From an uncultured Trueperaceae bacterium (GTDB lineage Bacteria; Deinococcota; Deinococci; Deinococcales; Trueperaceae): DNA of 64,000 nt. The stretch lies in NCBI GenBank assembly GCA_963815215.1, contig CAWFFU010000008.1:160001-224000 (forward strand), in the 5' to 3' direction. Below the pieces are notes generated by a model. It was given only the letters and a program-made list of their open reading frames with translations. It did not search any database and was not told the DNA's origin. This document shows, one piece after another, positions 9,149 to 18,096 of this stretch. How positions within the stretch are numbered: the first letter of the stretch is position 1; every line of letters begins with the position of its first letter. A program made the translations under genes and the position numbers.

Positions 9149-11392
9149 GTGCCGGAACACGAACTGCTCCAATCCCTAAACGACGAACAACGCGCCGCCG
9201 TACGCCACTTCCAGGGACCCGCGTTGGTCCTGGCGGGAGCCGGCTCGGGCAAGACCCGCACGGTCGTGCATCGCATCGCCTACCTCATGGCCGAGCACGG
9301 CGTCTATCCGCAGCAGATCCTGGCTGTGACCTTCACCAACAAGGCGGCCGGTGAGCTCAAGGAACGGGTGGCGACGCTCATCGGCGAGCCCGCCCGCGAC
9401 TTGTGGGTCGCCACCTTCCACGCCGCCTGCCTACGGGTGCTGCGCAGCTACGGCGAACGCATCGGGCTGAATCCCGGCTTCGCCATCTACGACGACGCCG
9501 ACCAACTCGACCTCCTCAAGGAGCTGTTGCAGCAGGTGCAGGGCCTCAAGGACGCCAATCCCCGTGCCCTGCGCGGCATCATCGACCGCGCCAAGTCGCA
9601 CCTGTGGTCCCCCGGCCAGCTCGCGACCGAAGGGGAGCAGGCGTTCGGCCGTATCGCTGCCGGCGTGCCGCTGGAGCACGTGGTGGAAGTGTACGAGCGC
9701 TACCAGTCCCGGCTCGAGCGCGCCAACGCCGTCGATTTCAACGACATCCTGGGGCGCACCGTGGAGCTGTTCGAGGCCCACCCCGATGTGCTCGAGCGAG
9801 TCCAGCAGCGGGCCGTGTTCGTCCACGTCGACGAGTACCAGGACACCAACCAGGCTCAGTACCGGCTCACCCACCTGCTCGCCGACACCTACCGCAACCT
9901 GATGGTGGTCGGTGATCCCGACCAGAGCATCTACGCCTTCCGGGGTGCCGACGTGCGCAACATCCTCGAGTTCCAGCGCGACTACGAGGACGCCGCCGTG
10001 TACCGCCTCGAGCTCAACTACCGATCGGTGGGGAGCGTGCTGGAGGTCGCCAACGCCGTCATCTTGCACAACCAGGGCCGGCTGGAGAAGAACCTCAAGC
10101 CGGTCAAGGGAGCCGGCGCCAAGGTGCGCCTGTACCGCGCGGCCGACCACCGGGCCGAGGCGGATTTCGTCGCGCGGACCGTCGAGCGGCTGACCGCGGA
10201 CCGCAACCTGCGGCTGCAGGACACCGCCATCCTGTACCGGACCAACGCCCAGTCGCGCGTTCTGGAGGAGGCCCTGAGGCGTTCCGGCCTGCCCGCCCGC
10301 ATCGTGGGGGGCGTCGGCTTCTACGAACGCCGCGAGGTGAAGGACGTGCTCAGTTACGCGCGCGCGGCGCTCAACCCATCCGACGACGTCTCCTGGCGCC
10401 GCATCCTGAACCGGCCCAAGCGAGGCGTCGGCAAGACCTCCGAGGACAAGCTGGTGGCCTGGGCCGCCCGCCGGCAACAGCCCTTCTGCGAGGCGTTGAA
10501 GCACGTCGACGACGTCCTTAACGGCACGCCGGCGGTCAAGCGGGTGCAGGAGTTCCTGGAGCTCATGAACGATCTGGCGCGCGAGGCCGAAGAGCTGCCG
10601 GCCGCCAACTTCCTCAAGGCGGTGATGGACCAATCCGGCACCATGCGCGCGCTGAAGGAGGAGGGCAGCTACGAGGCCCAGGGGCGACTCGAGAACCTCG
10701 AGGAGCTGCTCAACGCCGTCGCCGAGTGGCAGGAGGAGTCCGGCGGCTCCATCGCCGAGTTCCTCGACGAGGCCTCGCTCATGAGCAGTGTCGACGACCG
10801 TGCCGTGGAGGCGGTCAACGGTGAGGTGGACGACGACGCCGTGACCCTGATGACGCTGCACAACGCCAAGGGGCTGGAGTTCCCCGTGGTGTTCCTGGTG
10901 GGCATGGAGGAGAACCTCATCCCGCACCGCAGCTCGACGGGCAGCCTGCAGGAGATCGAGGAGGAGCGGCGCCTGCTCTACGTCGGCATCACCCGCGCCC
11001 AGGAGGAGCTCACGCTGGTCCACTGCGAGGCGCGCATGACCTTCGGCCGGACCGAGATCGCGCGTCCCAGTCGCTTCCTGGAGGACATCCCAGCCTCCAT
11101 GCTGCAGGAGATCGACATCTTCGGCCAGGAGCTGGGCGACCCCAGCCACCTGGCCAAGAGCCTGCGGCAGCGCTGGCAGCCGCCCACCGCGCCGCCGTCC
11201 GGAAGCGCCGGCGCCCCCGGCGCGCCCGGCCTCAGTTACCGCGGCGGCGAGAAGGTGCGCCACCCCAAGTTCGGGCTCGGCACCGTGGTCGGCGTCAGCG
11301 GCGAGGGCGCGCGCGCCGAGGTGACGGTGGTCTTCGACGTCGCCGGCGCCAAGCGCCTGCTGGTGAAGTTCGCCAACCTCAGCGCGGTCTGA
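9149..11392 (+). CDS. uvrD: UvrD/PcrA ATP-dependent DNA helicase
   Basis: AGAGSGKT, VDEYQD, GDPDQSIYAFRG, NYRS, TLHNAKGLEF, EERRLLYVGITRA, C-terminal HPKFG Tudor domain. Confidence 0.96.
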   Translation: MPEHELLQSLNDEQRAAVRHFQGPALVLAGAGSGKTRTVVHRIAYLMAEHGVYPQQILAVTFTNKAAGELKERVATLIGEPARDLWVATFHAACLRVLRSYGERIGLNPGFAIYDDADQLDLLKELLQQVQGLKDANPRALRGIIDRAKSHLWSPGQLATEGEQAFGRIAAGVPLEHVVEVYERYQSRLERANAVDFNDILGRTVELFEAHPDVLERVQQRAVFVHVDEYQDTNQAQYRLTHLLADTYRNLMVVGDPDQSIYAFRGADVRNILEFQRDYEDAAVYRLELNYRSVGSVLEVANAVILHNQGRLEKNLKPVKGAGAKVRLYRAADHRAEADFVARTVERLTADRNLRLQDTAILYRTNAQSRVLEEALRRSGLPARIVGGVGFYERREVKDVLSYARAALNPSDDVSWRRILNRPKRGVGKTSEDKLVAWAARRQQPFCEALKHVDDVLNGTPAVKRVQEFLELMNDLAREAEELPAANFLKAVMDQSGTMRALKEEGSYEAQGRLENLEELLNAVAEWQEESGGSIAEFLDEASLMSSVDDRAVEAVNGEVDDDAVTLMTLHNAKGLEFPVVFLVGMEENLIPHRSSTGSLQEIEEERRLLYVGITRAQEELTLVHCEARMTFGRTEIARPSRFLEDIPASMLQEIDIFGQELGDPSHLAKSLRQRWQPPTAPPSGSAGAPGAPGLSYRGGEKVRHPKFGLGTVVGVSGEGARAEVTVVFDVAGAKRLLVKFANLSAV

Positions 11393-11539
11393 TCGCGGCC
11401 GCCCCGCACGCCTGCGATGCCGTTCCCGAGGAGCCTTCATCGCTGACCGGAAGCGCCACCGGCGGTGGTATAGTTCCCCAAGTCCGCGCGGAGACGCAAC
11501 GGTGCCCCGTTCGGCGCCGGCCGAGGAGGAGCAGCTACT

Positions 11540-12349
11540 GTGAACGCAAGAGCCATCGTCGTGACGTCCGGCAAGGGCGGCGTCGGCAAGACGACCACCA
11601 CTGCCAACGTTGGCGCGGCGCTCGCGCGCCAGGGCGAGAAGGTCTGCGTCATCGACACCGATGTGGGCCTGCGCAACCTCGACGTGGTGATGGGGCTCGA
11701 GGGCCGCGTGGTGTTCGACCTGATCGACGTGTTCGAGGGGCGCTGCCGGCTCCGCCAGGCACTGGTGCGCGACAAGCGTGTCGACACCCTCCACCTCCTG
11801 CCCGCATCGCAGACGAGCGACAAGAGCGCGCTCTCGGAGTCGCGCATGCGGGAGACGGTCCGCCTCCTCACCGAGGAGGAGGGCTTCGACCGGGTCATCA
11901 TCGACAGCCCGGCCGGCATCGAGTCCGGCTTCCAGACCGCCGCCAGCGCCGCCGACGGCGCTCTGGTGGTCGTCAACCCGGAGGTGTCGAGCGTGCGCGA
12001 CGCCGACCGCATCATCGGGCTGCTCGAGGCGCGCGAGATCACCGACGTGCGGCTGGTGGTGAACCGGCTGCGTCCGGAGATGGTCAAGCGCGGTGACATG
12101 CTCGAGGTCGACGACGTGCTCGAGATCCTCGGCGTCAAGCTGATCGGCATCGTGCCCGAGGACGAGCGCATCCTGGTCTCCACCAATGTCGGAAGCCCGG
12201 CTGCCCTGGACGAGACGAGTCGGAACGGCGCCGGAGGAGCCTTCCGCGACATCGCCAAGCGCATCCGGGGCGAGGACGTTCCATACGCCCAGCTACAGGC
12301 CCAGGGGGGCCTCTTCACGGGGCTCCGGCGGTTGTTTGGAGGCGGCTGA
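11540..12349 (+). CDS. minD: Septum site-determining protein MinD
   Basis: SGKGGVGKTT, DVGLRNLD, DSPAGIE, SSVRDADRIIG, C-terminal amphipathic LFTGLRRLFG. Confidence 0.96.
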   Translation: MNARAIVVTSGKGGVGKTTTTANVGAALARQGEKVCVIDTDVGLRNLDVVMGLEGRVVFDLIDVFEGRCRLRQALVRDKRVDTLHLLPASQTSDKSALSESRMRETVRLLTEEEGFDRVIIDSPAGIESGFQTAASAADGALVVVNPEVSSVRDADRIIGLLEAREITDVRLVVNRLRPEMVKRGDMLEVDDVLEILGVKLIGIVPEDERILVSTNVGSPAALDETSRNGAGGAFRDIAKRIRGEDVPYAQLQAQGGLFTGLRRLFGGG

Positions 12350-12591
12350 TGTTCGGGCTCTTCGGACGCAAGCGCAGCAAGGACCATGTCAAGGAACGCC
12401 TCAAGCTGGTGCTCTCCTATGATCGGGCCAAGCTCTCTCCGGGGCGCATGGAGCAACTCAAGCAGGAGCTGATGGGGGTCATCACCAAGTACTTCCCGGC
12501 CGCCGAGTCGGACTACGACGTGAAGCTGGAGCAGCACGGCGACCGCATGGTGTTCGTCGCCAACCTGCCACTGTCGCAGGCCGACGCCTAG
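12349..12591 (+). CDS. minE: Cell division topological specificity factor MinE
   Basis: SKD.VKERLKLVL.YDR, VITKY, ANLP; coupled to minD. Confidence 0.93.
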   Translation: MFGLFGRKRSKDHVKERLKLVLSYDRAKLSPGRMEQLKQELMGVITKYFPAAESDYDVKLEQHGDRMVFVANLPLSQADA

Positions 12592-12606
12592 CGCCAGCCG
12601 GGGCGC

Positions 12607-13356
12607 TCAGCGCGCAGCCCGGCTCGTCAGTGCGTAGCGCACCCCCGTCGTGACCAGCAGCACCGCGAACACCCACCGCAGCGTGTCGTTGGGCAACGCC
12701 AGCGCCATCCGGCCCCCCAGGTAGGCGCCTCCCGCCACGCCCAGCGCCAGCGCCGGCGCCACGCGCACGTCCACGTGCCCGTGCCGCAGGTGTTGAAGGC
12801 TCCCCGCCAGCGCCGCCGGCACCATCACCGCCAGGCTGGTGCCTTGCGCCAGATGCTGGCCGAACCCGAACAGCAACACCAGGAGCGGCACCATCACCGC
12901 GCCGCCGCCCACCCCCAGCAGGCCCGACACCGCCCCTGCCAGGAGACCCGTCCCGAGCCCCAACGGCAGCGCCCAGCCCGCAACCAGGGTGTGCGCCGGC
13001 ACCAGCGCGTCGAAGGGAAGGCTGAGGCCGGTGACGATCACGAGCACCCCGAACACGCGTCGCAACGCACGCGCGGGCACGCGCGGGCTGAGACCGGCCG
13101 CCAGCGACGATCCGACCACCGAGGCGAGGGCAAGCCCGAGCGCCAAGCGCAGCGCTACCGCACCGCCGAGCGCGTATGGGATCACGCCCACCGATCCGGT
13201 GAGCACCACCGCCACCAGACTGGTGCCGTGGGCCCGGTGCTGCGACAGCCCCAGCCAGGCCCCGAGCAGCGGCACCATCACCACCCCTCCGCCGAGCCCG
13301 CCAACGCCCCCGAAGACCCCGGCAGCCACGCCGATCAGCAGACCCCGCCACGCCAT
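12607..13356 (-). CDS. TauE/SafE (TSUP) family transporter
   Basis: Duplicated G.GGG..MVPLL and AHGTSL/AQGTSL motifs. Confidence 0.9.
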   Translation of the reverse strand: MAWRGLLIGVAAGVFGGVGGLGGGVVMVPLLGAWLGLSQHRAHGTSLVAVVLTGSVGVIPYALGGAVALRLALGLALASVVGSSLAAGLSPRVPARALRRVFGVLVIVTGLSLPFDALVPAHTLVAGWALPLGLGTGLLAGAVSGLLGVGGGAVMVPLLVLLFGFGQHLAQGTSLAVMVPAALAGSLQHLRHGHVDVRVAPALALGVAGGAYLGGRMALALPNDTLRWVFAVLLVTTGVRYALTSRAAR

Positions 13357-13404
13357 GCGGGCCATGGTACAGCAGGACCGCGTGGTATCGTCGTGAACGT
13401 AACC

Positions 13405-14277
13405 ATGCCCTCGCGTACGATCCTTCTGGTAGATGCCGATCCCCTGCAGCGTCAGCTCGTCGACATGTTGCTGGCGGAGGACGCCCCGACGGTGGTGAAT
13501 GCCGGCACCGGGCGCGAGGCGCTCGAGTTCCTGAAGGAGCACACCCCCCACCTGGTGATCCTGGCGTTCGAGCTGCCCGACATCGGCGGAGACGTCGTGT
13601 GTGGCAAGATCAAGAGTGTCAGCCGGCTGGCGCGCGTGCCGACGATCCTCACCATCGAGCCGCCGGGGCGCACCGGCATCCCCCACGACGTGCGCGACCG
13701 GGCCCGCGCGGTCGGTGCCGACCTGCTGCTGCAGAAGCCGCTTGGCGACAAGAACCTGCGCGACCGGGTCCGTCAACTGCTGGCACGGTGGGACGCCGCC
13801 GGCACGGGCGTCGGCCGTTCCACCAAGAACACCATCGTCATCGAGGAGGCGCTCGACGCCCTGGGCACGCCGGGCGACGACGCCGCGATGCCGGCCTCGG
13901 ATCCCGTCACGGACGCGGTCTACCGCGAGAACGAGGAGCTGCGGCAGGAGCTGGCCTCGCTCAAGCGCCGTCTGGCGCGGCTCGAGGCTGGCCTGGGGGG
14001 GCACGACGACGCCGGCGAAGCGGAACAGACCATCGTGACCGGCTCCGAGCCGTCGGCGCCTGCGGAGCCCGCTCCCGTGGAGCCCTCCCCGGCCGATCCC
14101 TCCGACGAAGCGCCGGCCGGTCGCGCCGGCGACGAACCGGAGGATTCCACAGAGGCCCTGGAGCATCGCGTGCGCGAGCTCGAGCGCCGCAACAAGGCGC
14201 TACTGGCTGCGTTGGAAGAGGCGGAGGGCCGGAACGACGATCAGCCGCGCGGGCCCTTCAAGCGCCGCCGGCCCTGA
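13405..14277 (+). CDS. Atypical response regulator: receiver domain plus two coiled-coil segments
   Basis: TILLVD..., EALE, LVILAFELPDIGG, LLQKP; no DNA-binding domain seen. Confidence 0.8.
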   Translation: MPSRTILLVDADPLQRQLVDMLLAEDAPTVVNAGTGREALEFLKEHTPHLVILAFELPDIGGDVVCGKIKSVSRLARVPTILTIEPPGRTGIPHDVRDRARAVGADLLLQKPLGDKNLRDRVRQLLARWDAAGTGVGRSTKNTIVIEEALDALGTPGDDAAMPASDPVTDAVYRENEELRQELASLKRRLARLEAGLGGHDDAGEAEQTIVTGSEPSAPAEPAPVEPSPADPSDEAPAGRAGDEPEDSTEALEHRVRELERRNKALLAALEEAEGRNDDQPRGPFKRRRP

Positions 14278-14341
14278 GCGCGGTCGTACCCGAGCGCGGT
14301 CGGCCCCCGCTGCGTAGCGTCGGCGCCGACCGCAGGCGACC

Positions 14342-14725
14342 CTAAGGTCGCGCGGGCTTGGCGGTCTCCTCGGCGTCGGGCAGATGCGTGAGCGCCCAAC
14401 CTCGGATCGACTCGATGACGCCCTCGAGCGCCAGGCCGGCGTCCGTGAGATCATAGCTGCAGCGCGGTGGGGTGACCGAGTGAACGCTCTTGACGACCAG
14501 TCCCAGCGTCTCCAACCGGCACAGACGCTGCGTCAACGTGGTGGGGTTGCAGCCACCCACCTCACGACCGAGTTCGTTGAAGCCCTTGGGACCCCCGAGC
14601 AGCGAGTGCACGATGTGCAACACCCACTTCTCCTGCAAGATGTCGATCGCTTCGCCCGCCGGGCAGCTCCGAACATCGTGAGGGTCGTGACAGCGCTCGT
14701 TCATGGCTACGTTCGAATCTAGCAC
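14342..14725 (-). CDS. HxlR family winged-helix regulator
   Basis: SCP...AIDILQEKW, FNEL, TLTQRL..LE..GLV, PP...YDLT.AG; start may be 14704. Confidence 0.88.
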   Translation of the reverse strand: MLDSNVAMNERCHDPHDVRSCPAGEAIDILQEKWVLHIVHSLLGGPKGFNELGREVGGCNPTTLTQRLCRLETLGLVVKSVHSVTPPRCSYDLTDAGLALEGVIESIRGWALTHLPDAEETAKPARP

Positions 14726-14887
14726 GTCCTCCCCGGCGCCCGACCCTGCCAGCCGACATGCGTCGGAGACGGCAAGAACCCCGTGGCACCGGGGGACGTC
14801 CCTCCCTCTCGGGACCGCTGGGCCGATGCTACACTAGCCTCATCAGGCGACCTCGCGACCTCAGGCGAAGGGCCCGAAGGGAGCACC

Positions 14888-15430
14888 ATGAACATCTACA
14901 AACTCATCGGTCGCAATATCGACATCAGCGACGCCATGCGCCAGTACGCCGAGGACAAGCTGCAGAAGCTGGACCGCTTCTCGGATCAGATCGTGGACGC
15001 CCGCGTGGTGATGTCTTACGACACCAAGGGGACCGGCGCCAGCGGGGCGAACCCGGCCAAGGTCGAGGTGCAGGTCAACCTCGCCAACGGCATCGTGCGC
15101 GCCGAGGAGCGGGGTCAGGACACCTACGCCGCCATCGATCTGGTCGTCGACAAGCTCGAACGCCAGCTCAAGAAGTACAAGGGCCGCTTCATCGCCAAGC
15201 GTAGCGAGGAGAAGCCACAGCCCGAGCCTCCCGAGCCGGTCGAGACCGAGCCCGCGATCGTGCGCGTGAAGCGCCATGTGCTCAGACCGATGGCACCGGA
15301 GGACGCCGCTGTACAGATGGAAGCGTTGGGCCACACCTTCTTCATGTTCCACAACGCCGACACCAACGAGATCAACGTCATCTACCTGCGGAGCGACGGC
15401 AACTACGGCTTGATCGAACCGGCCCACTAG
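14888..15430 (+). CDS. hpf: Long-form ribosome hibernation promoting factor
   Basis: GRNIDISDAMR.Y...K, YAAID...KLERQL.KYK, C-terminal MEALGH.FF.F...VIY.R.DGNYGLIE. Confidence 0.93.
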   Translation: MNIYKLIGRNIDISDAMRQYAEDKLQKLDRFSDQIVDARVVMSYDTKGTGASGANPAKVEVQVNLANGIVRAEERGQDTYAAIDLVVDKLERQLKKYKGRFIAKRSEEKPQPEPPEPVETEPAIVRVKRHVLRPMAPEDAAVQMEALGHTFFMFHNADTNEINVIYLRSDGNYGLIEPAH

Positions 15431-15460
15431 GCGGGGCCGGAGCCTTCCCGGAAGGGACGC

Positions 15461-16060
15461 TCAGCGGTTGAGCACGGTGCCGCTGGGGACCGCGTAGAGA
15501 GCGCGGAGGGTAGCTACGTCGCGTTGCGAGATGCTGCCCGAGGGCGTCGCGGACAACGCGTCGCCGGCGTACGGGCTTCTACCGATCATGCCGACTGCCT
15601 GACCGAACGCCAGAAGCGCATAGCGGTAGATCTCGGACGGCTCGAAGCGCGGGTCGAGTAGGACCTCGGTTGCGTGGAAGCGGTACTGATTCTGAGCGTC
15701 GACGGTGAATGCGTAGCGGTAGCTCGCCACCTTGTCCACGAGCGGCTTCCAGGTGACCGTGATGGCATCGGGCGTGTCCTGTCCCACCACCACGAAGCTC
15801 AGGATGTCGGGCGCCGCCTGTTGCCACGCCTTGACGGCGCGGATGACGGCGTCGCGCATCGCTTGGGCATTGCCGCCTGGCGCCGGTGGCACGTACACCG
15901 TGATGGGCATGTCCTGGGACAGGTAGTGCAACAATCTCGCCGCGCCACCGGTGCTCGCGGGGTTCGAAGCGATATCCGAGAGATAGGTCCGAGGGCTCTC
16001 CTGGGCCGAAGCCGCAGACAGCACCAGAACCGCGAACAGCAGGGCGAGGACTCGCCGCAT
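15461..16060 (-). CDS. Secreted matrixin/metzincin-like protein lacking zinc ligands
   Basis: Signal peptide (ASA-Q); PITVYV, AVKAW, degenerate zinc motif LAFGQAVGMIGRSP, ISQRDVATLRALY. Confidence 0.72.
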   Translation of the reverse strand: MRRVLALLFAVLVLSAASAQESPRTYLSDIASNPASTGGAARLLHYLSQDMPITVYVPPAPGGNAQAMRDAVIRAVKAWQQAAPDILSFVVVGQDTPDAITVTWKPLVDKVASYRYAFTVDAQNQYRFHATEVLLDPRFEPSEIYRYALLAFGQAVGMIGRSPYAGDALSATPSGSISQRDVATLRALYAVPSGTVLNR

Positions 16061-16361
16061 GTCGTCACCTCCTCCGCGGCACGCCGGTGTGCCGCGGGAA
16101 CGCGTCTATCGCAAGCACTCCGAAGGCGGACCCTTCGACGCGCGCTCACCATGCTACAGCGGACGCGCCGGCTCGCGGAAGCGCGACGTCGGTCGTGGCC
16201 TCGGCCCCTTCGACCAGGAAGCGCTAGCCGATGAGCCGCCACGCCGGAACCCACCATAGGAGAAAGCGGGCGGTCGCGGCGAACCGCGACAACACGAGCC
16301 AGCGGAGCGAGAACGGCGCGACGAAGGCCGTCACCTGCATCCACCTGCACCGCGGAGCGTC

Positions 16362-17036
16362 CTAGCCGCGGCTCCGCCTAGCCTCGGCGACTTCGACCGT
16401 CTGTCGCAGCTTGACGACCCTCCCGGCCTCCACCACACCCCGGACCATGCTGCCGTTGTAGATCACGGTCCCCCGACCCACCACCGACCCCGGGGCCAGT
16501 ACCGCGTTGCAGCCGATGAACACGCCATCGCCGATAGCGGCTCCGAACTTGCGAACCCCGATGCCGACGCCGGCGACCTTGACCTCGCCGCCCCCCGCCT
16601 TGAAGTTCGCCAGCTTCACGCCTGCCCCCAGGTTCACGTCGTGACCCACGACGCTGTCTCCGACGTAGTTGAAGTGGGGAGCTCGGGCGCCGCCGAGCAT
16701 CACGGAACGCTTCACTTCGGAGGCGTGCATGACGTGGACGTCCGGACCCAGGACCGCTGGGCCGCGCACATGGGCCGCGTGCCCGATCTGAGCGCCGGGC
16801 GCAAGGTAGACGGGACCCTGGAGGTAGGCGTAGGGCCCGATGCTGGCGCCTTCACCGAGGTACAGCGGCCCCTCGACGATGGCGGTCGGGTGCACGCTTC
16901 CCAGCAGCGCGGTCGGCATGCCGACCGCGAAGGCGTCGAGCCCCTCGAGGACCTGCCATGGCGCGTCCACCTCGAACAGGGAGCGGAAGGCCTCCGGAAC
17001 GCGCGCGAGATCGAACAACTCGGCCGTCGTTGGCAT
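16362..17036 (-). CDS. Left-handed beta-helix acyltransferase (GlmU C-terminal-like, no nucleotidyltransferase domain)
   Basis: Hexapeptide repeats, SEVKRS, APHFNYVGDS, NLGAG, RKFGAAIGD. Confidence 0.85.
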   Translation of the reverse strand: MPTTAELFDLARVPEAFRSLFEVDAPWQVLEGLDAFAVGMPTALLGSVHPTAIVEGPLYLGEGASIGPYAYLQGPVYLAPGAQIGHAAHVRGPAVLGPDVHVMHASEVKRSVMLGGARAPHFNYVGDSVVGHDVNLGAGVKLANFKAGGGEVKVAGVGIGVRKFGAAIGDGVFIGCNAVLAPGSVVGRGTVIYNGSMVRGVVEAGRVVKLRQTVEVAEARRSRG

Positions 17037-17091
17037 GCTCCAGTGTAGCCCCCGGCCCCGCAGCCGCCGACGCGATAGAATCGGCGCGGCC

Positions 17092-17961
17092 GTGCTGCAT
17101 CTGATCTACAACCCCGTCGCCGGCCGCGGCCGCGCGGCCGCGGCGCTGCTCCAGACGCGCGCGTTCCTCGACGCCCGCTCGGTAGCCCACCGGACACTGA
17201 CCACGGAAGCGCCGGGACACGCCTCCCAGCTCGCGCTCGGCACCCCCGAAGACGCGACGGTGGTGGCGGTCGGCGGTGACGGCACCGCCCACGAGGTCGC
17301 CAAGGCGTGCATCGCTAGCGGCCGCACGTTGGGTGTCCTACCGGTCGGCTCCGGCGACGACTTCGCCTTCGCCCTGGGGATGCGGCGCGGCGACCTGGCA
17401 GGCGCCCTGGAACGGCTGGTGGCGGGCGAGGCGCGCTTCGTCGATACCGGTCGGGTGAACGGCGAACCCTTCGTCAACGCCGCCGGCGTGGGCTTCGATG
17501 CCGACGTGGCCACACGGGTCGCGGCCGCACCGCGCCGCCTCCGGGGGCTGGCGACCTATCTGTGGGCCGTGATGACCGCCCTGGGAGCCTTGGATGCGGC
17601 AGCGGTGGAGGTGCGGGTCGACGGTGTACAGGTCTACGCCGGCCGTTCGCTGCTCGTATCCACCCAGCTCGGTCCGCGCACCGGTGGGAGCTTCCTGTTC
17701 GCTCCCAACGCCTCGCTCAGCGACGGCTTGTTCGAGGTAGTGGTGGCCGGCGGCCTGGGTCGCCTCGGCACCCTGAGGCTCCTGCCGCGCGTCATGCGGG
17801 GCGCCCATCTCGGCCACCCGGCGGTCCACCTGTTCCGCGGCCGGAGCGTCGAGCTGCATTGGGAGCGCGCTCAGCCCGGTCACGTGGAAGGCGAACCGCT
17901 CGCGGCGGGACGGACGTTCCGGCTCGACCTCGTGCCGGCCTCGCTGCGCGTCCTGGCCTGA
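17092..17961 (+). CDS. Diacylglycerol/lipid kinase family (YegS/DagK-like)
   Basis: NPVAGRG, GGDGT, PVGSGDDFA, GFDA, EGE. Confidence 0.9.
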   Translation: MLHLIYNPVAGRGRAAAALLQTRAFLDARSVAHRTLTTEAPGHASQLALGTPEDATVVAVGGDGTAHEVAKACIASGRTLGVLPVGSGDDFAFALGMRRGDLAGALERLVAGEARFVDTGRVNGEPFVNAAGVGFDADVATRVAAAPRRLRGLATYLWAVMTALGALDAAAVEVRVDGVQVYAGRSLLVSTQLGPRTGGSFLFAPNASLSDGLFEVVVAGGLGRLGTLRLLPRVMRGAHLGHPAVHLFRGRSVELHWERAQPGHVEGEPLAAGRTFRLDLVPASLRVLA

Positions 17962-18031
17962 CTCGACGGCGGGCCGCGCGCCTGCCGCGCCACGGCGGAG
18001 TTCCTCCCCTACCGCTTCCCTGACAACGAGA

Positions 18032-18059
18032 ACGGGGCCCCGCTTTCGCGGGGCCCCGT
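18032..18059 (-). terminator. Intrinsic terminator hairpin between convergent slpA and lipid kinase genes
   Basis: 12-bp perfect stem ACGGGGCCCCGC/GCGGGGCCCCGT with GAAA loop on the minus strand. Confidence 0.8.
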
Positions 18060-18096
18060 GGTCGGCGTATCTACGCCACTTGCCCTACAACCGTGA

